Shown here one piece after another: positions 1 to 9,764 of a stretch of 44,746 bases of DNA. The notes beneath the pieces are model-generated. The model was not told the DNA's origin and did no database searches. It saw nothing but the letters and a program-made list of their open reading frames with translations. The DNA comes from Candidatus Limnocylindrales bacterium. GTDB taxonomy: Bacteria; Moduliflexota; Moduliflexia; Moduliflexales; JAUQPW01. The DNA is taken from the NCBI GenBank assembly GCA_035559535.1, contig DATMBG010000036.1, forward strand, positions 124,001-168,746, in the 5' to 3' direction. Made by a program: the position numbers and the translations under genes. Within the stretch, counting starts at the first letter, position 1. Every line of letters starts with the position of its first letter.

Positions 1-24
1 TTATTATAAACAGGCGTTGAGTTC

Positions 25-798
25 TCATGGGTTCCGTCTATATTTCCTTAAATTTTTGATCAAGATCTCCATATCTTTGGGGAGTTTGGCTTCAAAGGTT
101 ATTTCTTTGCCCTCCGTCGGATGCACGATACAGAGACTGCTTGCATGGAGAGAAAGTCGGGCCATAAGGGGTCTTTCGGGCTCATCTGATTTAGGCTTGA
201 AACCCCGCTTAAGCTGCGATAGGTATAAAACTCCCCGGTTTCCATATATAGGATCCACAGCTAAAGGATATCCAAAAGCTTGCAGGTGAATCCGTAGCTG
301 ATGGGTTCGCCCGGTTTTGGGTTGTAACCTGAGCAGCGTAAAACCAATAAACCGCTCCATCACCTCATAATCGGTGATAGCCTCCCTCCCTGCTTTAGGA
401 TCGATGCGCATCACTCCCTTTTTTTGGGGATCTGTTCCAATGGGGAGTTGGATGGTCCCCCGATCCTCCTTCACAACCCCTTCTACCACCCCTACATAGA
501 TTTTTTTTACCTCCCTGCGGAGAAATTGCTGGCATAACCTAGAATGGGCCTGGGCTGTCTTTGCAAAAATCACAACTCCACTGGTATCCCGATCAATTCG
601 GTGGACTATCCTTACTTTTTCAGGTAAAGGGGAACCTGAAGGAACAGAAGAGGAACCGAGATATTCATTGACCCTTGCAAACAGGGTATCTTCCTCTTTA
701 TTCCATCGCCCTGGAATAACCGGAAGCCCCGCCGGTTTATCTACCACGATAAGTTGGGAGTCTTCAAAAATAACACGGATTTCAGAATGAGACCTCAT
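25..798 (-). CDS. RluA-family RNA pseudouridine synthase
   Basis: Motifs VVDKPAG, HRIDRDTSG (catalytic Asp), TGRTHQLRIH, SLHA. Confidence 0.95.
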   Translation of the reverse strand: MRSHSEIRVIFEDSQLIVVDKPAGLPVIPGRWNKEEDTLFARVNEYLGSSSVPSGSPLPEKVRIVHRIDRDTSGVVIFAKTAQAHSRLCQQFLRREVKKIYVGVVEGVVKEDRGTIQLPIGTDPQKKGVMRIDPKAGREAITDYEVMERFIGFTLLRLQPKTGRTHQLRIHLQAFGYPLAVDPIYGNRGVLYLSQLKRGFKPKSDEPERPLMARLSLHASSLCIVHPTEGKEITFEAKLPKDMEILIKNLRKYRRNP

Positions 799-946
799 TC
801 TTTTACCAAACTTTTCACTGGACAGATGTGTCTAATTTTAATAAGCTTTGTATGGTTTACAAATAACATGTATACCTTTTTTAATGAAGAAGGTCAAGTC
901 CCTTCCCAAAGGGTTAAAGTAAAAAAATAATCATACGTGTTTACTA

Positions 947-1126
947 TACTTTTATATTTTTACTTTTTTTCATAAGTTATTGATTTTGTTTATCCAGGAA
1001 GGGTCAAGAAAAGTGTGGGAGTATAGGTGTAAATTCTCCTATCCTCCCATCCCCCCATACGCCCACACTCCCATACTTTTCTTTTCATGGCTTTTCGTGG
1101 CGTAAGGGCTAAAAAATGCAAAAGTA
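947..1126. repeat. Miniature inverted-repeat element with an internal octamer hairpin (family copy 1)
   Basis: Outer IR tacttttatatttt (947-960) / aaaatgcaaaagta (1113-1126); core TAAGTTATTGATTTTGTTTATCCAGGAAGGGTCAAG; octamer arms agtgtggg/agtatagg versus tcccatac/gcccacac; related sequence at 20931-21025 and 37180-37370. Confidence 0.7.
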
Positions 1127-1186
1127 GAGCAAAAAAGTACCCGGTCCAGGTTTCCTGGAAACGACACACAGAGGGGAGAGATCGTT

Positions 1187-3670
1187 ATGAAAAATAAAAA
1201 TTTGTTCGGTAAACTTCATAAGAAATTGTTGTTCTTTTTTTTATTGGTAGGACTTACACCGGTTATTATTGGAGGGATTATTGCCTATTATTATACCACT
1301 GGAATATTAAAAGAAAACGTTATCGGCGATTATCAACAATTGGTAGAAAACTCCGCCGACAGAATCACGATCTTTCTTCAAGAGCGTCTGCATGCCTTAC
1401 AGGTTTTATCCGATAATCCACTTATTCTTGGAGGCCTGAAATTTCCGGCGACTCTCCCCCGGGTGAGTGAATTTCTTAAAAGTTATGTGACCAGTTCTGG
1501 AAATTACTATCTACTTGCTCTTTTAGACGAAAACAGAAACGTTCTGGCCTCCAGCGAGACGACCCTTCAAACCGGAGAAATTTCAGAATTTCATCTGGAT
1601 ACCCGGGTGGGAGATTTTTACCCCTCTCCCCTTATTCAGAAACTGTTTCCCGATAGCAAAGGTTACACGTTAACCTTTTCCATCCCCATTACGAAGATTC
1701 AGGAAAAAGGAGGTTACCTGGTAGCTTTTTTGAAGTGGAGTAAAATAACTGAGAAAGTCAATGAGCTAAAGGCCACCCAATCCGAGCCCATCTGGATCCT
1801 TAACCAACAGGGCACTTACATCCTGCACCGGGATGAAAATAAAATCTGGAAGGAGCAAATTCCAGATGGGATTTCCACCCAACTGAAAAAGAACCGTAAT
1901 GGCTATTACATCGAAAAGGGAGAGTTGACGGTTTATATGCAGGATTTGAGTTATCAAGATTTAGGGGATTTAGGATGGACGGTTGGGATTTCCAAATCCC
2001 TGGCAACGGTTTTGGCCCCTGCCGAAGGAGTGAAATGGAGAATGTCAGGAGTGGTTTTGATCGCAGCCATTGGAGTTACTCTTCTAGCTCTTTTGATTGC
2101 CAGCGGTTTGTCCAGGCCGATCGTTTCCATGACGCAGGAGGTTCGGGCTTTTGTAGGAAGCACCATTCAGGATATAAATACCCAAAAGGGGGATGAGATT
2201 TCCATCCTGGCCGCTTCCCTCCGGGCCCTTATAGAATACCTGAAAGATATGGCAGCGGTGGCAACCCGGATCTCTCAAGGGGATTTAGACCTTCAAGTCG
2301 AGCCGAGATCTCAGCATGACACACTGGGGCATTCCTTTGCTCAGATGACCCAGTATTTGAAAAAGATGGCGGAGGTTGCCGATAAACTGGCCCGTGGGGA
2401 CCTCTCCCAGGACGTTCATCCTAAATCTGAAAAAGATGTTTTAGGCCTTTCTTTTAAGAATATGATCTCTCAGTTGAGAGAACTTGTCTCCCAGATTCAA
2501 CGTAATGCCGATCAGGTGAGATTAATCAGCACAGAGATTCTGACCAGATCTGATGAAGATTTAAAAACGGTGGAGAATATTACCTCTTCTGCTGAAGAAA
2601 CCTCCTCGGCCATGGCCGAAATGGGAGCCAGTGTGGAAGAGGTTGCCGAAAATACCCAGACGCTTTTTGCGGCTACCGAAGAGATTTCCTCTGCCGTCGA
2701 ACAAATGTTCGGTTCTATTCAGCAGGTTAATCAGAACTCGGAAAAACTTTCTGAATTGTCCGAGACCACAGCGGCAGCCATGAATCAGATGGTCCGCTCG
2801 GTGGAAAGGGTTGCTAAAAATGCAGAAGACTTCAAGCAGTTCTATCAAAAAACTGCCGAAATTGCCGTACAGGGCCAGGTTTCGGTACAACAGGTAATAA
2901 ATAGCATGGATAAAATCCGTCAGGCAGTGGCCTCGGCGACCCAAACGATTCAGAATCTGGAAACCAAATCCCAGGAGATTGGAACCATTCTGGATGTGAT
3001 CGATGGGATAGCGGATCAAACGGCACTGCTGGCTTTAAACGCCTCAATCCTGGCAGCCCAGGCTGGAGAACATGGAAGAGGTTTTGCCGTGGTGGCAGAT
3101 GAAATTAAAGAACTGGCCAACCGGGTAGCCGTATCTACGAAAGAGATTACCGGGATTATCCAGGGAGTACAGAAGCAGTCCCTGGAAGCCGTGCAGGAGA
3201 TCCGAGAGGGGAATCAGGAAGTAGATGAAGGGGTGAAATTGGTTCATCAAGCGGGACAGGCTCTGGATCGAATTACTTCGAGTGCAAAGAACTCATTGTC
3301 TGCTGCCAGTGAGATCGCTCAGGCGATCCAGGAACAAAAGGAGTCTACCCAGAAAGTTATGGTATCCATGGAAGAAGTCACGGAGCGGATTGCAGAGATC
3401 AATCGTGCGACCCAGGAACAGGAAAAAGGAGGATCTCAAATTCTACATGCAGTGGAAGGCGTGCGGAGCCTGGCAGAACAGGTAAAGCGGGCAACTTTGG
3501 AACAAACAAAGGGAGCCGGCCAGGTGAATCTGGCCATGGATGAGGTAAAACATCATATTTTGCAAAGCACTGCCAATGCCCGAGATTCTGCTCGAGCCGC
3601 CGAAGAGCTTTCTTCTCAGGCAGAAGCCCTGCGCCGGTTAATGGATCGGTTTATACTCACTCCGGAATAA
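1187..3670 (+). CDS. Methyl-accepting chemotaxis protein (dCache-like sensor, HAMP domains, MCP signal domain)
   Basis: Two TM helices flanking an extracytoplasmic domain, repeated HAMP-like segments, hairpin tip IADQTALLALNASILAAQAGEHGRGFAVVADEIKELA. Confidence 0.95.
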   Translation: MKNKNLFGKLHKKLLFFFLLVGLTPVIIGGIIAYYYTTGILKENVIGDYQQLVENSADRITIFLQERLHALQVLSDNPLILGGLKFPATLPRVSEFLKSYVTSSGNYYLLALLDENRNVLASSETTLQTGEISEFHLDTRVGDFYPSPLIQKLFPDSKGYTLTFSIPITKIQEKGGYLVAFLKWSKITEKVNELKATQSEPIWILNQQGTYILHRDENKIWKEQIPDGISTQLKKNRNGYYIEKGELTVYMQDLSYQDLGDLGWTVGISKSLATVLAPAEGVKWRMSGVVLIAAIGVTLLALLIASGLSRPIVSMTQEVRAFVGSTIQDINTQKGDEISILAASLRALIEYLKDMAAVATRISQGDLDLQVEPRSQHDTLGHSFAQMTQYLKKMAEVADKLARGDLSQDVHPKSEKDVLGLSFKNMISQLRELVSQIQRNADQVRLISTEILTRSDEDLKTVENITSSAEETSSAMAEMGASVEEVAENTQTLFAATEEISSAVEQMFGSIQQVNQNSEKLSELSETTAAAMNQMVRSVERVAKNAEDFKQFYQKTAEIAVQGQVSVQQVINSMDKIRQAVASATQTIQNLETKSQEIGTILDVIDGIADQTALLALNASILAAQAGEHGRGFAVVADEIKELANRVAVSTKEITGIIQGVQKQSLEAVQEIREGNQEVDEGVKLVHQAGQALDRITSSAKNSLSAASEIAQAIQEQKESTQKVMVSMEEVTERIAEINRATQEQEKGGSQILHAVEGVRSLAEQVKRATLEQTKGAGQVNLAMDEVKHHILQSTANARDSARAAEELSSQAEALRRLMDRFILTPE

Positions 3671-3969
3671 GGGAAGATTTCTTTTATCCCAAGATTAAAA
3701 TGTAAACAAACATGATACCCTGAAGGTCTTTTTCTTTCCAGGAGTTAGTCCAGGATTGTCATATGGAAAACCTTTTGTCAAGACTTATCCACCATTTATT
3801 ACCATCTAAAATGAATAAGCTACCTTTAGGATGTAAATAGGATATAAAATCCGTAAGAGGAAAGTGATAAGAAATTTTACCCCTCCCTTTTTTCTAACCG
3901 AATTGCCTTCAACATTTGTTTTTCATTTTTATTATAAATACAAAACGTAGGCTTAAGGATCCTTCTAAC

Positions 3970-3986
3970 CGTCGGGATTTTTTACA
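3970..3986 (-). promoter_or_regulatory. Putative PrsR-type enhancer box
   Basis: Reverse complement TGTAAAAAATCCCGACG matches the three 17-bp boxes upstream of the PEP-CTERM gene; lies about 130 bp upstream of a sigma-54-type site. Confidence 0.65.
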
Positions 3987-4065
3987 ATTTACTCAACCTA
4001 TAGGCTGAAAAAGAAGATTTTTTTCTTCCCACTTTACAAAATCTGTAAAACGAATTACTCAATAA

Positions 4066-4078
4066 AATCAATGGGTTA
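4066..4078 (+). promoter_or_regulatory. Putative IHF binding site
   Basis: AATCAATGGGTTA fits WATCAANNNNTTR and lies between the enhancer box and the sigma-54 site. Confidence 0.55.
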
Positions 4079-4117
4079 GATAGAGCATCTAAAAAATATT
4101 CAGAAAATTTATAATTT

Positions 4118-4133
4118 TGGCATAATTATAGCA
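4118..4133 (+). promoter_or_regulatory. Putative sigma-54 (-24/-12) promoter of the left glycosylation operon
   Basis: TGGCATAATTATAGCA = GG-N10-GC; the -12 half overlaps a 15-bp tandem duplication ttatagcatatttaa (4126-4140, 4142-4156). Confidence 0.65.
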
Positions 4134-4465
4134 TATTTAAGTTATAGCATATTTAATAGTTTTACTTTCCTTTTTATCTTCCCTTTTCCTTTGCTCATTT
4201 TTACAGATTAATTTTAATAAAATAGTTCTAATTAAGATATAATATTGATGTTTTGAAAAATTTTAACTTAGGATATAGATTTAAGGGTATACCTGTTTAG
4301 GTTAAACATATTTTTACGGTTTTTTTCACAAATTAATATAGCTCAGTAAAAGCCTTTTGGAGTTTCTCTCAGGGTTGGGAAGCCATTCAATTTAAGTTGC
4401 TTGCTTGAAGCAGGTCTCCGCAGTGCCACTAATCCAGGCTTTATCGCTGTAAACAGTTTATAGAC

Positions 4466-5242
4466 ATGCAAGAAAAAGATATCCAACCATTTATCATCCT
4501 TCCTACCTACAACGAGCGGGAAAACATTCACCCTTTAGTTCAGCGGATTATAGAAGTCGATCCCCGGTTTTGTATCCTCATTATAGACGATAACTCACCG
4601 GATGGAACTGGTAAATTAGCCGACGAGCTGGCAGAGAAATTTCATCAGGTCCATACTCTCCATCGAAAAACCAAAATGGGATTGGGAACGGCGTATATAA
4701 CCGGGTTTAAGTACGCTTTAAGCCAAGGGGCAGAGTATATCTTCGAGATGGATGCCGATTTTTCCCATGACCCCTCCTATCTTCCTCAATTCCTGGAAGC
4801 CATACAGGATTCGGATCTGGTGATCGGTAGCCGATATATAAATGGGATACGGGTTGAAGGATGGAGATTTCGACGCCTGCTGATGAGCAAGCTTGCCAAC
4901 ATGTATGCTTCTTATATCATGGTTCAGCCTATCTGGGACTTTACCAGTGGATTTCGGTGCTATCGCAGAGCGGTTCTTGAAAGGATTAACTTCGATGAGA
5001 TTCATTCCGATGGCTATGCCTTTCAGATTGAGATGGTTTATCACGTTTTAAAAAACGGCTTTAAAGTCAAGGAAATTCCTATTCTATTTCGGGAGCGAAA
5101 ACATGGATATTCTAAAATTTCAAGGAAGATCGTCTGGGAAGCCTTTTGGACGGTTTTAAAACTTCGGGCTCCCCTCAAAGTGATCCTCTACCATGCCAGG
5201 GAATTTTTCAAGGATGATAAAGAGACCCTCTTCAACAGGTAA
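4466..5242 (+). CDS. Polyprenol monophosphomannose synthase (DPM1/Ppm1-like GT2)
   Basis: LPTYNERENI, DDNSPDGTG, KMGLGTAY, FEMDADFSHDP, VIGSRY, DFTSGFRCY, GYAFQIEM. Confidence 0.9.
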   Translation: MQEKDIQPFIILPTYNERENIHPLVQRIIEVDPRFCILIIDDNSPDGTGKLADELAEKFHQVHTLHRKTKMGLGTAYITGFKYALSQGAEYIFEMDADFSHDPSYLPQFLEAIQDSDLVIGSRYINGIRVEGWRFRRLLMSKLANMYASYIMVQPIWDFTSGFRCYRRAVLERINFDEIHSDGYAFQIEMVYHVLKNGFKVKEIPILFRERKHGYSKISRKIVWEAFWTVLKLRAPLKVILYHAREFFKDDKETLFNR

Positions 5243-6764
5243 CTTTGTGGGTACTTTTCTATTGTCCTTTTTTACTTACCTGTGGACTTTGGCTCCCACC
5301 GTTATCTGGGGGGATAGCGCAGGTTTTGCCCTGGAAGTTCGTAGGTCCTCTTTAAGGATTGGTACGGCCAGTGATCATCCTCTTTATATTTTATTGGGAC
5401 GTATTTTTGCCAGGTTACCTGGAGAATTAGCCTGGAATCTGAATTTACTCTCTGCCCTCTTCGGAGCCCTGACGGTTGCTTTTATTTATGCAATTACCTT
5501 TAAACTAACCCATTCTCCCTCAGCCGGATGGACCGCTGCAACTGCCCTCTGCTTTTCCCATGCATTCTGGCTTCATGCCGTCATCACCGAGGTCTATACT
5601 TTACATGCCTTTTTCGTAGCTTTATTGATTTACTTGCTTCTGGTATGGCGAGAGCATCCTCAGACAAATTACTGGCTTTATCTCATAGGTTTCACTCTGC
5701 TGTTGGGGCTTACCAACCACCTGATTCTGGCTTCCCTCCTGCCGGCTTTAATTTACTTTATTGTGGTCACAGACCCCTCCCGAATTTTTAGTAAAAAAGG
5801 GGTTGTGAAGATGATAGGCTTTTGGGGTGTGGCCTTTCTCCTGTTTTTGATTTTCCCGGGAAGTTTTATAACCACCATCCAGAAATTATGGTTTGGTCCA
5901 CCTCCTATTTATCACTATTTTACCTTCCCCGAAGGAAACATCCTGATCAAGGAAGTCCTATTCTACTTTCTCTATTTAATGTATCAGTTTCCCTGGATTG
6001 GTTTTATCCTTGGTTTTTGGGGAATAAAAAGCCTGTTAGAAGTAGATGTGAAGACCGGGATTTTCCTGCTTCTGGCCATGGGGATCAACGGCCTGTTTTT
6101 TATAAAAACCACGGCATGGCCGAGTTTGGGTTCTACAAAGTATACCTTTTACATCTCTGATTATGTCATATTCTCTCTTTTTATAGGTTACGGAACCTTT
6201 GCCATAGTGTGGAAGTATGGAAAGTTTGGAAAGGGGTATAAAAAGAGGAAGACAGGTGGAAGGTTACAACCTTTTGACATCTCCGGATTCCTACCTCTCT
6301 TCCTCATCCTGGCGATCGTTGCTGCGCCTCTTCTAACTTACAACCTGACTCCTTATCTGGTAAAAAGCCTGCATATAGATCTTTTACACGCCCGGGAAAT
6401 CCCTTTTAGGGATAATACCGCTTTTTTTCTGAATCCAGGCAAACGTGGAGAATATGGTGCCAGAAGGTTCGGTGAAGAAGCCCTGCGAGTTGTCAAACCC
6501 GATGCTATTTTGATTGCAGATTATACTCCCTACACAGTGCTACTCTATTTACAGGAGATAGAGGCGCTAAGACCCGATGTAATCATCCTATCCAGTAATT
6601 TTTATGGAAGCTTGAAAGATCTGCAACCGATCGTAGCCGAACACTTTCCTGAACACCCTGTCTACCTGGCGGGTATCAATTCGGGATATTACAAGATCGA
6701 TAATCTTCAGAAAAACTTTAATCTGGTCCGGGTAGGACCCCTCTTTGAGGTAACCAAAAAATGA
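5193..6764 (+). CDS. DUF2723/TMEM260-like multi-pass membrane glycosyltransferase (GT-C fold)
   Basis: TLAPTVIWGDS, HPLYILLG, NLLSALFGA, FWLHAVITEVYTL, GLTNH pattern of DUF2723; many TM segments and a soluble C-terminal domain; start could be ATG 5214. Confidence 0.8.
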   Translation: MPGNFSRMIKRPSSTGNFVGTFLLSFFTYLWTLAPTVIWGDSAGFALEVRRSSLRIGTASDHPLYILLGRIFARLPGELAWNLNLLSALFGALTVAFIYAITFKLTHSPSAGWTAATALCFSHAFWLHAVITEVYTLHAFFVALLIYLLLVWREHPQTNYWLYLIGFTLLLGLTNHLILASLLPALIYFIVVTDPSRIFSKKGVVKMIGFWGVAFLLFLIFPGSFITTIQKLWFGPPPIYHYFTFPEGNILIKEVLFYFLYLMYQFPWIGFILGFWGIKSLLEVDVKTGIFLLLAMGINGLFFIKTTAWPSLGSTKYTFYISDYVIFSLFIGYGTFAIVWKYGKFGKGYKKRKTGGRLQPFDISGFLPLFLILAIVAAPLLTYNLTPYLVKSLHIDLLHAREIPFRDNTAFFLNPGKRGEYGARRFGEEALRVVKPDAILIADYTPYTVLLYLQEIEALRPDVIILSSNFYGSLKDLQPIVAEHFPEHPVYLAGINSGYYKIDNLQKNFNLVRVGPLFEVTKK

Positions 6765-7612
6765 AAAGAAATCTGGATGAAGGATTGGGTACTGTTTACG
6801 AGCGATTCATGTTGAATAACCTTTTTGATGAGCTATTGGCCACCTACCCCATCCATAATGTTCTGGAAGTCCCTATTTATGGCATGTCCGGGCTAACCGG
6901 GATCAACAGCCTTCATTTTGCGAAAAAAGGTTGTCGGGTGACCCTTGTGGATAAAGACCAAAACTGGCTTTTAGAAGCTCAAGAATTATGGAAGATGGCC
7001 GATTTAAAAGATCAATGTCAACCCATTTATCAAAAAGATCTATCCCGACTTCCCTTCAAAGAAAATAGTTTCGATCTGGTATGGAACTTTGCAGCCCTCT
7101 GGTTTGTAGAACAGGCAGAGTCCTTACTCCGGGATATGATCCGGGTATCCTCTAACCTGGTGTTGATAGCGGTTCCTAATCCAGGGCAGCCAGGATATTT
7201 TCTACGGAAATATTGCATAGATCCAGACTTTTTCAAACAGGTCGATGAAAAATGGGTTCGTAAGGATCGGATTTGTCGGGTTCTGGCATCGGAGAACCTT
7301 CAAATCATCCGACAGGGTATTCTGGATATTCCACCCTGGCCGGACACCTGCGTCCCCATTAAACACATACTTCAAAAGTTCGGGATTCGTCTGAAAGAGA
7401 ATCCTTCAACAGGATCCCCGGAAGGAGGCTGGACCTGGAATATCATGGATTACTACCTGGGGAGAAATCCTGGGCTTAAGGAAAAGGTGGAACGATTTTC
7501 CTTCCTGGAGAAATCTCCTCTTCCTTATTTCTTTAAGGCTTTATGGGCTCACCATCACTATATACTAGGTAAAAAGCCTTCTTATAAAAGAGCTTTGACG
7601 GTTCGTCTTTAA
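6761..7612 (+). CDS. Class I SAM-dependent methyltransferase
   Basis: VLEV...GLTG, VTLVD, DLSRLPFKENSFDLVWN; ATGA-style coupling to the upstream gene. Confidence 0.8.
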   Translation: MKRNLDEGLGTVYERFMLNNLFDELLATYPIHNVLEVPIYGMSGLTGINSLHFAKKGCRVTLVDKDQNWLLEAQELWKMADLKDQCQPIYQKDLSRLPFKENSFDLVWNFAALWFVEQAESLLRDMIRVSSNLVLIAVPNPGQPGYFLRKYCIDPDFFKQVDEKWVRKDRICRVLASENLQIIRQGILDIPPWPDTCVPIKHILQKFGIRLKENPSTGSPEGGWTWNIMDYYLGRNPGLKEKVERFSFLEKSPLPYFFKALWAHHHYILGKKPSYKRALTVRL

Positions 7613-7698
7613 TAAAAATTGTATAGAGTTATATAAAATATGATATATAGTTATATTATTCCTCTCTAAGATAAACAGGAGAACTTTAGGATTTTAAA

Positions 7699-8667
7699 AT
7701 GAAAAACCTGAAAGATCCTATAAAGTATTGCAGCGTGGGGATCATGGCCCATAATGAGGAGGCCAACATCCATCGTTTGTTGGAGGCTTTATTAAGGCAG
7801 AATCTGGAGGGGTATCATATTCAGGAGATAATAGTGGTTGCCAGCGGGTGCACGGATAATACCGAAGCCCTTGTAAGGGAATTTTGTGGCCAAGATGAGC
7901 GGATTAAACTCCTGGTTCAAGAACAGCGGGAGGGAAAGGCCTCAGCGATCAATCTCTTCCTTCAAGAAGCCAAAGCCGACATCCTGGTTTTAGAAAGTGC
8001 CGATACGATTCCTTCTCGGAATGCCATAAAAAATCTCTTAAAACCTTTCTCAGATCCTAGAGTAGGGATGACGGGAGCTCGATCTCGTCCCATTAACCAT
8101 TTAAATACCTTTATGGGATATTCCATCAACTTCCTCTGGTGGATGCATCACTACCTAGCCCTTAGCAAACCTAAACTGGGTGAGCTGGTCGCTTTCAGGA
8201 ATGTCATTAAAAGAATCCCATCGGATACGGCGGTTGATGAAGCGGCCCTGGAAGCCATCTTAGTTAGAGCCGGATATCAAATCCTTTACGTGAAAGATGC
8301 TATTGTACGAAATAAGGGTCCAGAAACCATCCGGGATTACCTGACCCAGCGGCGACGTATCGTTGCAGGACATAAACATCTCTACAGAACCCAGGGATAT
8401 GCTGTAGCATCCACCGATATCCGGCTGATTCTATCTATTCTTGTGAAGAAAGTTTATCTTCATTTGGAAATGATCCTTCGGCTTATAAAACAAAGGCGCT
8501 TTCATCGCCTGACAAAGTATTTATTCCTCCATCTTCGGCGAGTTCTTTATATTATCGGAGCTATCTTCCTGGAAATTCTGGGCCAGGGCCTCGGAGCTTA
8601 TGATTTTTACATTAAAAAGAAAAACCCTTTCATCTGGGATGTGGCCAGAAGTACAAAGAAAATATGA
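7699..8667 (+). CDS. Glycosyltransferase family 2
   Basis: VGIMAHNEE, SGCTDNT, GKASAIN, ESAD, QRRRI (QxxRW-like). Confidence 0.88.
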   Translation: MKNLKDPIKYCSVGIMAHNEEANIHRLLEALLRQNLEGYHIQEIIVVASGCTDNTEALVREFCGQDERIKLLVQEQREGKASAINLFLQEAKADILVLESADTIPSRNAIKNLLKPFSDPRVGMTGARSRPINHLNTFMGYSINFLWWMHHYLALSKPKLGELVAFRNVIKRIPSDTAVDEAALEAILVRAGYQILYVKDAIVRNKGPETIRDYLTQRRRIVAGHKHLYRTQGYAVASTDIRLILSILVKKVYLHLEMILRLIKQRRFHRLTKYLFLHLRRVLYIIGAIFLEILGQGLGAYDFYIKKKNPFIWDVARSTKKI

Positions 8668-9764
8668 TGAAAACCAACTTATTTTCTAAAATTTTGAGGT
8701 ACCCCCTCTTTAGAAAATTCGGGTTCCCCAATACCCTTCCGGTTAATTTAACTGTCAGCATTTTGTACTCATGTAACGCCCGATGCCAGACCTGTAACAT
8801 TTATAAAAAACGGGTTGATAATCTTACGGTCGAAGAATACGACAGGATCTTCAAATCCCTGGGTAAAGCGCCATTTTGGTTTACCATTAGCGGGGGAGAA
8901 CCTTTCTTGAGGAAAGATATTGTGGAAATCTGTCGGCGTGCTTACCGGCACTGTAAGCCGGGTATCATTAATATTCCCACCAACGGGATTCTTTATCGGT
9001 TTATTCCGGATAGGGTGGAACAGATCGCAAAGAGTTGTCCGGATAGCCAGATCATCATTAATCTTTCTCTGGATGAAATCGGTGAGCGGCATGATGAAAT
9101 TCGGGGTTATAAAAATAACTACCAACTGGCCTTAAAAACCTACCAGCAACTTAAAAATCTCGATTATCCCAATTTAACCCTGGGGATTCACACGGTTCTA
9201 TCCAAATATAACGTCCATAACATTTTCCCTATCTATCATGAATTGGACCGACTGGAGCCAAACTCTTATATCACAGAAATAGCAGAGGAGCGGATGGAGT
9301 TGGATACGGTTGGGTTGGATATTACCCCTTCCTATGAGGAATATGCCCAGGCAGTGGATTTTCTCACCAAAGAAATTGAAAAGAAGCAGTCTATCTCGGG
9401 TACTTCGATTTTCCATATTTCCAAGATTACCCAGGCTTTTCGGCTAGAATACTATCAGTTGGTAAAACAGATTTTGTTGAAGAAAACCCAGGTGATTCCC
9501 TGTTATGCCGGTTGGGCTTCTGCCCATATAGCCCCGGATGGAAATGTGTGGACTTGCTGTATTCGGGCCGAGAGCATAGGAAATCTTCGGGAATATGACT
9601 ATGATTTCAAGAAAGTATGGTCTAGCCCAAAGGCTGAAGAACTCAGGGCCAGTATTCGAAATAAGGAATGTTATTGTCCATTGGCCAATGCCAGTTACAC
9701 CAATATGTTATGTTCTGGAAGGACCATAACCCGGGTAATCTGGCGAATTCTGAAATGGATATAG
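8664..9764 (+). CDS. Radical SAM protein with SPASM/twitch-like C-terminal domain
   Basis: CNARCQTC (CxxxCxxC), SGGEPFLR, TNG; C-terminal CYAG...PDGNVWTCC...IGNL...CYC. Confidence 0.9.
   Translation: MMKTNLFSKILRYPLFRKFGFPNTLPVNLTVSILYSCNARCQTCNIYKKRVDNLTVEEYDRIFKSLGKAPFWFTISGGEPFLRKDIVEICRRAYRHCKPGIINIPTNGILYRFIPDRVEQIAKSCPDSQIIINLSLDEIGERHDEIRGYKNNYQLALKTYQQLKNLDYPNLTLGIHTVLSKYNVHNIFPIYHELDRLEPNSYITEIAEERMELDTVGLDITPSYEEYAQAVDFLTKEIEKKQSISGTSIFHISKITQAFRLEYYQLVKQILLKKTQVIPCYAGWASAHIAPDGNVWTCCIRAESIGNLREYDYDFKKVWSSPKAEELRASIRNKECYCPLANASYTNMLCSGRTITRVIWRILKWI

Noticed and set aside
4338-4450. 6S RNA, tRNA or a known riboswitch (cobalamin, c-di-GMP)
   Set aside because: Too short for 6S, no T-loop or D-loop consensus, only isolated words (GGGAAG, GCCACT) without the required architecture; kept as an unassigned candidate
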